From Oculina patagonica (Eukaryota): a DNA stretch of 64,000 nt. This document shows, piece by piece, positions 48,178-60,958 of this stretch; position 1 is the stretch's first letter, and every line of letters begins with the position of its first letter. The stretch spans positions 6,696,001-6,760,000 of the forward strand of contig NC_135764.1 of assembly GCF_052425735.1 (NCBI RefSeq). Reading direction: 5' to 3'. Position numbers and translations under genes: made by a program. Below the pieces are notes generated by a model. That model was not told where the DNA came from and ran no database searches. It worked only from the letters and a program-made list of their open reading frames with translations.

Positions 48178-50482
48178 ATGTTTTCGACGCTGCTGATAAA
48201 CCTTCCTATATTCTGTGCGTTTTTGCCGCTGCTCAAGTCAGAGTCAGTAAGAGTATCAACAAAGTATGGAGTCATCGAAGGTCTTGTAGAATCGTACCCG
48301 AATGCCTCCGGCCCGTTCAAGTCTGTCAGCAAGTTTCTTGGAGTTCCTTTCGCCGCTCCACCGATTGGAGAGCTCAGACTAAAGCCCCCACAACCGCCAA
48401 TAGCATGGAAAAACGTTCGGCAAGCGACAAAGCATGGAAACATTTGTTGGCAAAGTAAGCTTTTTGAATTTTATATCAAAATGTTTACTCCAAATTTCTC
48501 GTACAGCGAGGATTGCTTGTATCTCAACGTCTTCAGCCCGAACGTCAGCTTAAGTTTACCCGTGATGGTTTATATTCACGGTGGAGGATATGAGGGTGGC
48601 ACATCAGTCACATACCCCAGCGATATTTTGGCTCTGTATGGTGTGGTAGTGGTTGTGATCCAATATCGTCTCGGTCCACTTGGTTTCCTGACGACCGGGG
48701 ACTCGGCGGCCCCTGGGAATTTTGGAATGTTGGATCAAGTCGAAGCACTCAAGTGGGTCAAAGAGAACATTGAAAATTTTGGCGGGGACCCCAGCAAGGT
48801 GACCATATTTGGATTAAGTGCTGGCGCAACCAGTGTGTCGCTACATTTGCTGTCACCTCTATCAGAGGACCTCTTCCACCAAGTCATTGCAGAAAGCGGC
48901 GTGGATTTGAGTCCCTTTGCGATTCAGCCAGTTTCGTTTGGCCTCCGTTTCGCCAAAGAGCTCGCTCAAAAGCTGGATTGTACAACAAGAGACCACGAAG
49001 CAATGGTCGCCTGCATACGGAGGAAGAGAGAGGCGGACATACAGATAGCTTCCGAGTCAATAAACTATCGGTTCTATGATTATCTGCGCTGGGCGCCAGT
49101 TGTGGACGATCACTTTCTTCTTGACACGCCCCGGAATCTGCGAAACAAAGGAGAATTCAAGAAAGTGAAGTTGATGATCAGTTTTACCAGTCAGGAGGGT
49201 GGTGCAAGTGTCGGTTATTTCGCAAACTCGTCTTTGGGGATGGCGGCAAGTGTGGACGATGGAGTGAGTCCGTCATTTTTCAAGGAATTTTTAACAAAGC
49301 TTGCCCATGGGCGAAACAGCAGGTGAGTTGCGATTTTGTTGTCTGTTGAATTTGAACCACGCGATTCGACGGACAAGAAAGTTGACCGGCAAGTGCAAAA
49401 AAATTGTGATTTGAGTTCTAGGGATCATAACATTTTTTGCTTGTTTCCATTTAGGTAAGATGGACCCTTGAAATATTTTTTCAAGGTTTAAAATTAGAAA
49501 CTAGACTACTTTAATGGGATATAGCTTCAAAATCTTCCCGCTGTTTTATTCTGGGTATCTAATTTACTCCTTCCCCCGCAAAAATTTACTCACACTTCGC
49601 TAAGAAACGATTCTACTTCTGAACAAAAATGGATCAACATACTCAACACACCCCCACATACGTCAAATGAAGTGAACCTTTTGAAGGTTGAACCTTTTGA
49701 ACCTTTTGCCTCTTCTTTACAACATTTCTGTCAAAACTTTTGAACTCAGACCAAACAATTCAAACACAACATCGTTGGGTCATTGGGATCATAAGTTCCT
49801 TGTTTTCTACCTTATGAGGGGAACAGTTAATAACAAATCACTTTGTTTCGCCTTCTTTAATAGAAAGAAAACTGCCGACCTCATCGCAGACGCATTGCAG
49901 TTCATGTACACTCCATGGCCTGACAACAGTGATAAATACGCATTAAGAAGCCAACTTGTGGACCTCATCGGTGATTATATGTACTTCGCACCAAGTCACG
50001 AGGTCGCCGATATTCACAGCAAAGTTGCTCCGGTGTACATGTACGAGTTTGCTCATCGCTCAAAGAACGCCAGTAATTACCCTGAGTGGATGGGTGTGGT
50101 TCATGGCGAGAACGTGCCATATGATTTTGGAGTCCCGCTTTGGTTCCCCAGGTATGATGAAGCCGACAAAAACGTCAGTTTGTTTATCATGGAAGCGTAC
50201 GCAAACTTTGCCAAGACCGGCGATCCAACACCACAGCCAGTCAGCGGTGTTACGTGGGAGAGGTTCAACTCTAGCCACAGAGCTTACCTGCGACTTGACG
50301 CTCATCCCAAGATGGCGGTGGCGTTTGCTCCTCGCCGAGTGGCTTTCTGGAATGATTACCATCCTAAACTGTCGCAAGTAAAATTTGAAACCAAGAAAGA
50401 TGTGGCCAGCGGTACTAGCGCTAGTGTTGCCATGGCAATGTTTTATCACATTGCACTTGTCGTCATTTTGATGATGTTCTGA
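48178..50482 (+). CDS. Carboxylesterase/cholinesterase-like copy 7 (close paralog of copy 5); exons 48178..49322 and 49864..50482 (587 aa)
   Basis: Same motifs; near-identical to copy 5 in exons, intron and flanks. Confidence 0.93.
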
Positions 50483-51124
50483 AATTTAGTTATATGACGT
50501 CGTTAGGGTTTGCTATGGTGCAATGACTTGCTTAGGCATAAAAATAACACGGCATAAATAGTATGGTGTAGTAAACGTTTCTTTATAGCGTTTTATTCAG
50601 GGGGCACCCAACAGACCGTTTCGTTGAATATCTGTTCGGAAGACCTATATTCGTCTACGATTTTCGGATTAAAGTGTGATGAAAATCTGGAAATTTCTTC
50701 AGCTCCAACTTTCTTGACATGGGGAAAGTAATAACTGTTGTTTTCGGAAAGAGAAAAATGTCGTTTTGGGTACGAAAAAAGGCCAGCTACAATTTTCGAG
50801 AAGGCAACAGCGGCTCGTAAATTCGGGTTATAAAATTTCGTTCCCTAAAATTTTCTGATGATTGAAAGTTTAGAAAGCGTATCCGAATAGATACATTTTT
50901 CTACGTACGAATTTAAAAATAGGGCTTTTAATGACACAAAAAGGTCATTTATAACGTATAATCGGTGTTCCGACACCTATAGTAAAATTTTCTTGTTGGG
51001 TGCCCCTGTTTATTGGCAGTTGATAATGTAAGAAATATTCGCAAAAAGATTTTTTAATTCATGTACCTTTAATGGATGTAAGATTTTGTAATGGATTTTT
51101 TAATGTACGTAGCTTGGGGTAGTT

Positions 51125-51298
51125 TAGCCTGCGTAGCAGGCGTCTGTTTACGTTTTTTAGCGCGTTTAAAAGAGTGCGCGATCGCGAGAAGGCCGCGCGA
51201 GGAAAAGTCGAGGAAACTCCTCGATTTTTTCCTCGCGTGGCCCCCTTTCACGTTTCCCATACGCGCGCTCGAAACTACGGCGCCTGCTACGCAGGCTA
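51125..51298. mobile_element. MITE with 9-bp TSD
   Basis: TIR TAGCCTGCGTAGCAGGCG / CGCCTGCTACGCAGGCTA; TSD GGGGTAGTT; empty site near 38392. Confidence 0.88.
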
Positions 51299-52129
51299 GG
51301 GGTAGTTTATATTGATAATACTTTGCTCGAGATGCTTTTGCAAATTGTCATTATATTACGTAATAGGTTTTCGTTTTACAAATACAAGCATTCAATATCG
51401 TGTAATACCAAACATACATTCTTCTTTTTGTGGTAACTACCCGGGTAACTACAAGTTAAAGACTAAATGAAACTTATTTTACTGGGTGAAAAGTCTACTG
51501 ATTAAGCGGTCATACGCTTCTCTTTAGCAGCCAGTTGGTTAGTTCCTAAAACAACAGTCATTGCTAACGTGACGACTCAGTTAGTGATTTTGTATTGTTT
51601 ATCAAACTGATTGTTTTATACTCCATTGAGCAACCTTAAATTAGCTTGGCTTTTATTTACTCAACTGAAACTGCCGAAATGGAAGTTTGTGGAACATAAG
51701 CTAGAGGAATAGGGATCATTGATAACTCAGTCATTTCTTGTGAGTCCTTGAAAATATCAAAATGTGAATTCTCCCTCAAGTACATCACGTATATGCAGCC
51801 AGGCAAAGAACAGTACTCACTTCACCCATGACGAACACTTACACAATATAAACTTGATGCTCTATGGTTAATAACGTCTACAGCAACCTACAATTTTCAC
51901 AAGACAAAACAATGCCCAACAAGTCTAAAGGCATTTTAAAATAAATATTAAATGATTATGTGTGGATCACCTTTGAGGGAGAGGTAGATGACATGTATCT
52001 TTTGAGTTTGCTGGAAAGGTGTCTTAAAATATCGATGCTGTAACAAGTAATGGCGTATTTTTTAAGTGCATAAAATTAGCGAAAACTTCTGAAATTCGTG
52101 AAAATAACATGCATCGTTAATTTCCTTTA

Positions 52130-53680
52130 TAATATAGATAGGAGTCTACGCGCGCTCTGATTGGCTAAAAACCTATGTTTTATTTATGGGTTAGAGACTG
52201 TTGTGAGTGTTTTGTTGACAAATACACGCACGCGCTGGCCGCACAATGAACGAGAAATTTTCAATACTGCACGAGGCGTAGCCGAGTGCAGTATTGAAAA
52301 TTTCGAGTTCATTGTGAGGCCATCAAGTGCGTGTATTTGTCAACAAAACACGAACGGACAGACTCTAACCCTTTTAATATACAATCTGAGTACACTGCAT
52401 CGAACTGCAAGCGATCATCGACTTAACGAACTTCAAACAACAAACTTAATGTTTAAAAATAAGAAGTGTAGTAGTACATAATTACACTGGATTACATCAA
52501 AAATATAAAAATCACAAATTAGCCGTACAGAAATAAAGCTTAAAATGGTTCATAGAATCGTTCATCAGCTGTGGTCGTTCATAAATACAGTCAGCGAGAA
52601 GCTTGTTCAATGCAAGTCGATGGCTTTCACAATCAAGCAACTACAAGCAAGTCAATCGCACACAAAAATGTATTTATTAAGCTGCAGTTTACCTTTGAAC
52701 ATGAAAGCGCTTCAAGTTGTTATCCTCTTTGATTTTGTTTGGTATTGGATCGTTGATAATTTGAGGAATATATTTTTCTTCCACTTCTACAAGCCTTGAA
52801 GCTGAAGACATTTTCAATAATGCACGATTTTTGTGCATTATTGTCAATACTGCACTGTCGGAGTTTGCTGACGACAGGTAAAGCAAAATCACGTGATCTA
52901 TTTTAACCAATTGCGCGCGTGGATTTTGGACAGTGAACGAAGATTGTATATTAACAGAGTATAAAACATAGAAAAATCATGTTTTATTGTTTTTCGTCAG
53001 CTTTCCTCGAGTGCTTCGCGCGTCGTTGACTGTTCGTTGGCTATAACCACTCGTATCCAACAAGGGCGAATGGAATAATTGTTTTATTAAATTCCTTTTT
53101 AAGTATAAATCCACTGGACATTTCATTTTGATGTAAACGAAGTGAGGCGGAAAAAATTGTGGCGCGGTGTCCACTGCTTGAGTTGAATGAAACTCGCAAG
53201 GAAAGCGAGCGAGAGAGTTTTCTTTCGAAGATTTTCTTCGACAATCTCCTCTTAAATCGTCTATTCATGCTGGAACTTGATTGTGACAACAATTAAGGTT
53301 TACGGGAATATCCGAAGCAATAGCTTTTCTGGAAATTATACGCCTTGTTCAAGTCGAACGAAGCAAGGGACGGATGTCATCCAGACTACTATATTATGCT
53401 GAGACGAAATTCAGCGAAATTGCACTCGGTGCAGTCGGTGAAGTTTATCGAAGTTCAAAAAGACAAGATCAAGATTAAAAGGTAACAAACTTACCTGAAA
53501 TGCTTAGCCTTAGTTTACGTCGAATACTGAATGAAATTGTGTCAATTTTCTGGTCTTCCCGTAAACTATTTTCTGCTTTTCATCTTTGTTTACTCGCTCT
53601 TGTTGTACATATTTTTAATTAAACTTTTCACTCGCGGTGTCTAAAATCTATATCATAAAGCAAAGAAAGAAGCCTAAGCC
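52130..53680. mobile_element. ~1.55-kb composite insertion with a long central hairpin (52208-52351)
   Basis: Absent from homologous sites near 39290 and 59910; hairpin with a GCGTAGC apex. Confidence 0.6.
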
Positions 53681-54181
53681 ATATTGTTGAACTGTCTTTT
53701 CGTATTCTTAGTTTTGATGCTGCAAACACATTTAGGATTGACCATTTCGCTTTTTTTAACAATGACTTAAGAGTATTTTGTTCCGTTATGCAATAATTTC
53801 TGTTGTTTGGAAATGCTAAACTTTCCTAAGCTTGGTGTTCTATGTGGAACAATACTATTATGTCATTCCCTTGTTGATGATAAAATTGAATTATCGCGTG
53901 CACACTTAGAATTTGCATATGACACTGTCTTACTAATGATATTTTATTCAACTACAAATACAAAAAATATAAATTTTTAGCAATTTAAAAGGAGGCCATA
54001 AGGTTAGCCCTATTTAGGTCCTCTGACTACTTTTCCACATAGCCCCCTTGAATTTCTTTTTTACTGAGTTGGTTTGATTTTCGTTATAAACAAGATTACC
54101 TCGACAGTTTTTACCTGAGACCCCGAGTGATTGAAAGCGTAATAGAATGACAAAGCACATTTCTGGGTCAGTCGTGCATAA

Positions 54182-55471
54182 TGCATCAGTCAATTGAAAC
54201 CCCGGCCCCCCGACCCCCGGGACTTAGCGGGGATTTAACGCGTCCAAAGCCGGGATTTAACGCACTTTTAACGGCGCATTGGCCCCGGCCGGTGGGCGGT
54301 GGATTTAACAAAATGTCAGTAGACCGGGGCCGTGGAGCGGTGATTTAACAGCACGCGATCGCCTGAAGCGGGGAATGCAGCCGGGATTTAACATAAAGGA
54401 CTAAAATGTTTTTTCTCAAAATGTTCGCTCTGAAGAATCCGTTCTAAGAATTAGTCTCCACCCTTCTCCCTTGATAAAGCCTTTCGTGACGCCTGGGTTT
54501 GTAATTAATGTGTTCGCACGATAAAAATAGACTCCTTGTACTTGGAATCTGCCAAGAAAGTAGTTTCTGTTTCTGAGATTTCTCGTGAATTATATCGTAG
54601 ACGGTGAAAGCTGTTTACTTTTAGAAGAAATTCTTCTATTTTGTCTCTTCTTTCGTCCCACATCAGTTGAAAAGACGTCGTCAATAAATCGTTTCCAAAG
54701 GATAGGCTTATTGCTGCTTGTCTGAGTATTTCGACTTCTATTTTGGCCATGAAGATGACAGCAGAAGCTGCGGCGATTGTCGTGCCCATGGCCGTTTGAT
54801 GTGCTTACAGATAATCTTTTCCACTGGAACGAGCGTTCTTGAAAGATCACACTGAGCATCTGTCTTAAAAACCTGTTAGGTACGGGAGGGTTTCCTTGAT
54901 GAAATTCTTCGTATGCTTTACATACAGTGTTAATGAGACAAGGAACGCCTTTTTAGGCTGTTTAGGTATGGCAGTGTAATCTTCTCAATGAAGTTATTAA
55001 AGTCTATCGCACGAAGCCTGTCACTGTGCTATCGGCTGAAGTAGATGGTCAACAAAAGCTGAAATACGTTCTGTAGGGCAATCACACCCCGGTATTATGG
55101 GTCTTCCGGTAGGCGTGTTCATAATGGCTACTTTCTGGGTTGAAATTTGACAAATTTGTGTCTCTGACCACGAAAAACGATTTTTGATAGGTTTTTGGCG
55201 GAAACAAACTACATCAGGTTTCTTTCCTACCACATAACTATATATGGACAATAAATGAAAGAAATAGATTTTTTAACTTTTGCAACGAAATCAAGATTTT
55301 TGTCCGGTTTTTTCCTGAAAGTCGATTCGGATGCCCCCGCTATGCAGGGCTTTTAACAGACGTCTTGGCCCCTAGGGCGGGGAAATAAGCCGGGTTTTAA
55401 CACTTGGTACATGTTAAATTCCCCGGTAAGTCCCGGGGGTCGGGGGGCCGGGGTTTCAATTGACTGATGCA
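54182..55471. mobile_element. PIF/Harbinger-type non-autonomous element (TAA TSD) containing a decayed Penelope RT fragment
   Basis: TIR TGCATCAGTCAATTGAAACCCCGGCCCCCCGACCCCCGGGACTTA; TAA on both sides; empty sites near 39920 and 60853; minus-strand fragments GRPII..CDCPTERISAFVDHLLQP, MGT..A....IFM, WKRFIDDVFS. Confidence 0.85.
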
Positions 55472-55581
55472 TAACATGCATGTATTAGTTTTTTGTCGAG
55501 CCGGCGCAACTACTGAATTCACGGGTCTGCCTTTCCATTCACATACAAGTGGCGGTTAAAAGTGTTTCCCTTAAGAGAAGC

Positions 55582-58527
55582 ATGTTTTCGACGCTACTGA
55601 TAACGTCCGCATTCTGTGCGCTTTTGCCTTTGGTGAAGTCACTAGCAGTGGTGGAGTCAGTAACAGTGCCCACAAATTATGGAGACATCGAAGGTGTTAC
55701 GACTCCATACCCTGACGCCACTGGCCAGTTCAAGTCTGTCAGCAAGTTTCTTGGCGTCCCTTTCGCCGCTCCGCCGATTGGAGAGCTCAGACTAAAGCCA
55801 CCACAACCGCCACAAGAGTGGAAACCGAACGTTCGCCAAGCGAAAACGCATGGGGACGTTTGCTGGCAAGGTGACGACTTTGAATTCTTCCTCAAATTAT
55901 TCACTCCTGTTTTCTCACATAGCGAGGATTGCTTGTATCTCGATGTCTACACCCCGAACGTCAGCTTGAGTTTACCCGTACTGGTTTATATTCACGGTGG
56001 CGGCTACGAGGGCGGTACATCACGAATTTTCCCCAGCGATATCTTGGCTTTGTACGGTGTGGTAGTAGTTGTGATCCAATATCGTCTCGGTCCATTTGGT
56101 TTCCTCACAACCGGAGATTCGGCAGCCCCTGGAAATTTCGGGATGCTAGATCAGGTTCAAGCACTGAAATGGGTCAAAGAAAACATTGAACACTTTGGCG
56201 GAGACCCCGAGAAGGTGACCATATTTGGAGAAAGCGCTGGCGCAACCAGTGTTACCCTACATCTGTTTTCTCCGCTATCAGATGGACTCTTCCACCAAGT
56301 CATTGCAGAGAGCGGTGTAGATTTGACTCCCTTTGCGATTCAACCCGTTTCTTATGGCCTTCGTTTCGCCAAAGAGCTCGCTGAAAAGCTGGATTGTATT
56401 GCAAGCGACCACGAAGCAATGGTCGCCTGCATACGCGAGAAAAAAGGCGCGGACATACAGAAAGCTTCTGAGTCAACAAACTATCGGTTCTATGATTATC
56501 TTCGCTGGGCGCCAGTTGTGGACAATCACTTTCTTCTTGACACGCCTCATAATCTGCGAAAGAAAGGAGAATTCAAGAAAGTGAAGTTGATGATCAGTTT
56601 TAATAGTCATGAGGGTTCAACCACTCTTGGTGTGATGGCAAAATCGTCTTTTGATTTGACAGATAGCGTGGACGATGGAGTGAGCCTTTCTATCTTCAAG
56701 AAATTTGTAAAACATCTTGCCTATGCTAGAACCAACTGGACCAACGGGTGAGTTGAAATGATGTTTTTGTGTTTGTCTTAGCCATTTATTTTAAATTGAG
56801 GTCATTGGACCTTGTGTGAAAACAAATTCATGCTTATCCTAGGAATCGTGGTTTGAATAATACAATTTAACATATATGTAGCGTAATAAACTGCTACTTG
56901 AAAATTCAATGAAGGTGTTGGTATAAATAAGAAGCCACTTATAATGGCATGACATTGCTAAAAATGTACTGTTAAAATCAGTAATCATAAAAAATTGTAA
57001 TTTCACTTTCAACCTTGATAAAGCCAAATCAAGAGACTTCTACAATCTCTTCATTGATAAAATTCACACCGGAGGTCCGACCGGTCCCAAAAGATGGAGT
57101 GAAACACTTTCTTTAAATGATGAACATTGGGCAAAGATATTTAAATTAACACGAAAACTTTGCATGGAAACGAAACTAAAAGAATTTAAATTTAAATTGA
57201 TTCATAGAATCGTTGTGACAAAGAAAGAACTATTCAAATACGGTATTAAAACAGACGATAGATGCTGCTTTTGTGGGGAAAAGGACTCAATCAACCACAC
57301 TTTTATTCACTGCTCTTTTACGAAATCATTCATACAAAAAGTCATTCTGTGGTTTAATACAACGTACAATTTACAGATCTCTCCAACAATAGAGCAACTT
57401 TTATTTGGAATTACCTCTAACTTATATGAGAAAAGTATGACCAACAAATTCAATTACTTTACACTACTTATGCGCTATTATATCTAAAATTGTAAATTAA
57501 ATAATTAGCCTATTGTCCTCCATGACTTTGTGAATGCTGCACAACAAAGAGAACTAATTGAAAACACCGTTGATAACTCAGAAACCAATAGAGGGTAAAA
57601 TATCTCATCTCTCCTTAACGTGTAAGGAGTTATATTGTAAGTAACAAAAAAGAGGAAGAAGATTGTCACCGTAGCTGACTAAGTAACTAAGTAACTGTAC
57701 ATAGAGTAGTTAAGAAAAGTAGGGTAATTTGTAGTTTGTGTTTAAGTCTGCGTAGTATTGTAAGTAATTGTATTGTTGTGTGTTATTAATAAAAAAAATA
57801 AAATAAAATAAAAAAATAAAAAAAATAAAAAAAAATTGTTCAAATGTGGTTTGGTTACGGACGGATATGACAGTAGCGGTTTAAAACTTTGAAAACGTCT
57901 AGCAGACGTTTTTAAATTCGACATTTATTCCATCTATTCACACCTTTTAGAATGGATTATGCCTTTCTTTGTTGTTCAAAGGCTTTGTTGCTGATCACTA
58001 AGTGCACCCTCATAATTCTATCATAGTTAACACTAAAACGTATACGAATTCCCTTGATACTGCCGCTTTAAGCAGCTCTACATTGAGCAGGTGAGCACAA
58101 TAGAGATGTTTCGCATAGCTCCACTGCCTACGCAAATTAGCCACTGTAGTTGAAAACACCTACTAAATAAGCAAGTTACAAATTAAACAATGAAAGACCG
58201 TTTGTTGTCATCAGTTCAACAGCTCTGACAATGTGAATTGTCGATGAGAGTTTGACGAACTCTCGTTCTCGTTTGGCCCTAGTTAGTGATTGTAGATAAG
58301 AGTTGACGAAAACTCTCATGAGAGTTGACTCTCATCAACTCTAATCCTTGTTTGGCCCAGGCTTTACTCCAATCCTATCCATTTCTTTCTGCCTTTGCTT
58401 ACCTTTTGTAACAAAATGGCTTTGTTTCCCGTTCTTTAGAAATAAAACCGGTGACCTCATCGCGGACGCGTTGGAGTTCATGTACACCCCATGGCCTGAC
58501 AGCAGTGATAAATACGCATTGCCATGA
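55582..58527 (+). pseudogene. Carboxylesterase copy 8 (GESAG type), probable pseudogene; exon 1 55582..56747 intact, exon 2 from 58440 with a 484-bp internal deletion and stop at 58525-58527
   Basis: After ...GATAAATACGCA (58518) the sequence jumps to TTGCCATGACAATG, matching copy 9 positions 63252 and 63737; catalytic His and in-frame tail lost. Confidence 0.9.
56999..57830 (+). mobile_element. 5'-truncated L1/Tx1-group LINE in the copy 8 intron
   Basis: FKFKLIHRIV...CCFCGEKDSINHTFIHC (C-terminal CCHC finger), A-rich tail, TSD AAAAATTGT; empty site in the copy 9 intron (~62378). Confidence 0.85.
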
Positions 58528-59036
58528 CAATGTTTCTTCATGTTGGACTTCTCGTTATTTTGGCGCTGCATGTTCTGAATTTCACATGTAGGACCTCACT
58601 AGGATGTTATGACATCCCTAGTTTAAAATTAACGTTGCTTTCTAAAGGCTTTTTAAGGAACTATGTCACGGATTTAACAGATTTTTGAACAGTCAAAACT
58701 TATATAAAGGCTGAATGAAACTTATTTTACGGGGTGAAAAGTCTACTGATTAACCGGCCGCACGCTTCTCTTTAGCAGCCAGTTGGTTAGTTCCTAAAAC
58801 AACAGTCATTGCTAACGTGACGACTCAGTTAGTGTTTTTGTATTGTGTATTAAACTGATTGTTTTATTTACTCAACTGAAACTAACGAAATGGAAGTTTG
58901 TGAAACATAAGCTAGAGGAAAGGGGACATTGATAACTGTCATCTCTTGTGAGTCAAAATGTGAATTATCCCCAAGTACATCACTTATGCAGCTAAGCAAA
59001 GAATGGTACTCACGCCACACATGATGACAACACGTA

Positions 59037-59538
59037 CCTTATTACATGAAATTTTGGCGACACTTTAATTTCGCGAATTTCGCGATTCCAAAAAAGTCGC
59101 GAAATTAAAGTGACGCGAACAATAAGTGTCGCGAACATAACATGACGCGAAAATTAAGTGACTCACATTTTGTCAATAATTAAGAAAAATAAGTTTAGTG
59201 CCACTGAAGGATGGAATTACCAATCTAAATGGACGTTGTCGTCAATTGACTCAAGAACAATAACTCATGCACGTACAAGCATAACCTACTTGTAGACATT
59301 AGCTGCTCAGCTATTGTCGAGATTTAGTCCCACCCTTGCTTTTTTGTTAATTTTGACGTTATTTTTTCATTAATGAAGTCGTTTTAAAGGAAATGTTAAT
59401 TGTATCTTACTCAAAAACGCGAAATTAAAGTGATTCAAAATACAAAATTTTCGCAAAATCGCGAAATTTAAGTGTCGCGAAATATGCCCACCTTAAAATC
59501 GCGAAATTAACGTGTCGCGAAAATTTCATGTAATAAGG
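59037..59538. mobile_element. TA-flanked MITE with subterminal CGCGAAATTAA repeats
   Basis: TIR CCTTATTACATGAAATTTT / AAAATTTCATGTAATAAGG. Confidence 0.85.
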
Positions 59539-60184
59539 TACTCAGTATTATAAGAATATAACGAAACACCATTTTACGACGCGAACGAAATCTACGCGTT
59601 ATGAAATGAACGCGAATTTTCGATGTTTACATGGATTTTATTAAAGCAAATTTGATGCTCTATGCGTAATAACGTCTACAGCAACCTTCAATTTTCACAA
59701 GACAAAACAATGCCCAACACGTCTAAAGGGGATTATGTGTTGACCGACTTTGATAGAAAGAGGTAGATGGCATGTATCTTTGCTGGAAATAAAGGTGTCT
59801 TAAAATATTGATGCTGTTACAAGTAATGGCGTATAATTTTTAAATGCATAAAATTAACGCAAACTTTTGAAATCACGTTAATAACATGCTTCGTTAATTT
59901 TCTATAATAAGGTATGACAACATGTTGGTGAACTAGTTGTCCGTATTCTTAGTTTTCATTCTGCAAACACATTCAGGATATTGCTTCGGCAGTGAGAACA
60001 AGCAAACTTTTTAAAATCGCTTTTTTCCTTTGAAATAGACGTATTCCTACAGAAAGGACCATGTCTTCAACTTTGACAATCTCGCTATTTTTAAACAATG
60101 ACTTAAAAGTATTATGTTCTTATGCAATAATTTCTATTGTTTGGAAATGCTAAACTTTTCTTAGCTAGGTGTTCTATGTGGAAC

Positions 60185-60512
60185 TGAGAGGACTCAATGG
60201 GGTGGTGGCTTTTACGGTTAACGGTTAAAGTTTTGGCTTTTTACGGCTAAAGATTAATTTATTTACCTAACGGTTTACAGAAGTTAACAGTTAATTTTCA
60301 TTGTTTTAAAAGTTAAAAATTAATTGCCATTATTGAACAACATATTTTAGGTCTCAGGGCCATTCTGGGACGATGAAGTGAACTAGTTTGGTTTATTTAT
60401 AATTACTGACCAATTTTTTACGTTTAACATATTTTACGGCTAACGGTTAAAATGTTCCAATTTTTACGGCTAACGGCTACATTTTTGGCCGTTATACCCC
60501 ATTGAGACCCTC
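60185..60512. mobile_element. MITE with 4-bp TSD GAAC and GAG..CTC-like ends (Sola-like, inferred)
   Basis: GAGGACTCAATGGG / CCCATTGAGACCCTC; TTTACGGCTAACGG repeats; empty site GTGGAACAATAC near 53845. Confidence 0.7.
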
Positions 60513-60958
60513 GAACAATACTGTTTTGTCATTCCCTTGTTAATGATGAAATTGAATTATTGCATGCACACTAAGAATTTGCATATGACACTGTTTTACT
60601 AATAATACTTTATTCAAATACAAAAACAAAAAATAGTATTTTTTAGTTATTGAAAAGGAGGACCATGAGGTTAGCCCTATTTAGGTCTTCTGACTACTTT
60701 TCCACACAACCCCCTTGGATTTTGGCTGTTTGTTTGGCTGGCGATGTGAACAAGATTTTCTCGACAGTTTTTGCCTGAGGCCCGGCCCCGAGTGATTGAA
60801 AGCGCAATGCATGCAAAAAATGACAAAGCACATTTTTGGGTCAGTCGTGCATAATAGCATGTATTAGTTTTTTGTCGAGCTTGCAACTACTGAATTCACG
60901 GGTCTGCCTTTTCATTCACATATAAGTGGCTGTTAAAAGTGTTTCCCTTAAGAGAAAC

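Noticed and set aside
55549-55581. N-terminal extension MAVKSVSLKRS on copies 8 and 9 in the ORF track
   Set aside because: Starts at GTG; the conserved ATG (MFSTLL) at 55582 and 60959 aligns with all paralogs
59050-59530. Short repeated CGCGAAATTAA units (also TTTACGGCTAAC at 60.2-60.5 kb) as a CRISPR-like array
   Set aside because: Irregular spacing, eukaryotic context and enclosure by TIRs: subterminal repeats of MITEs
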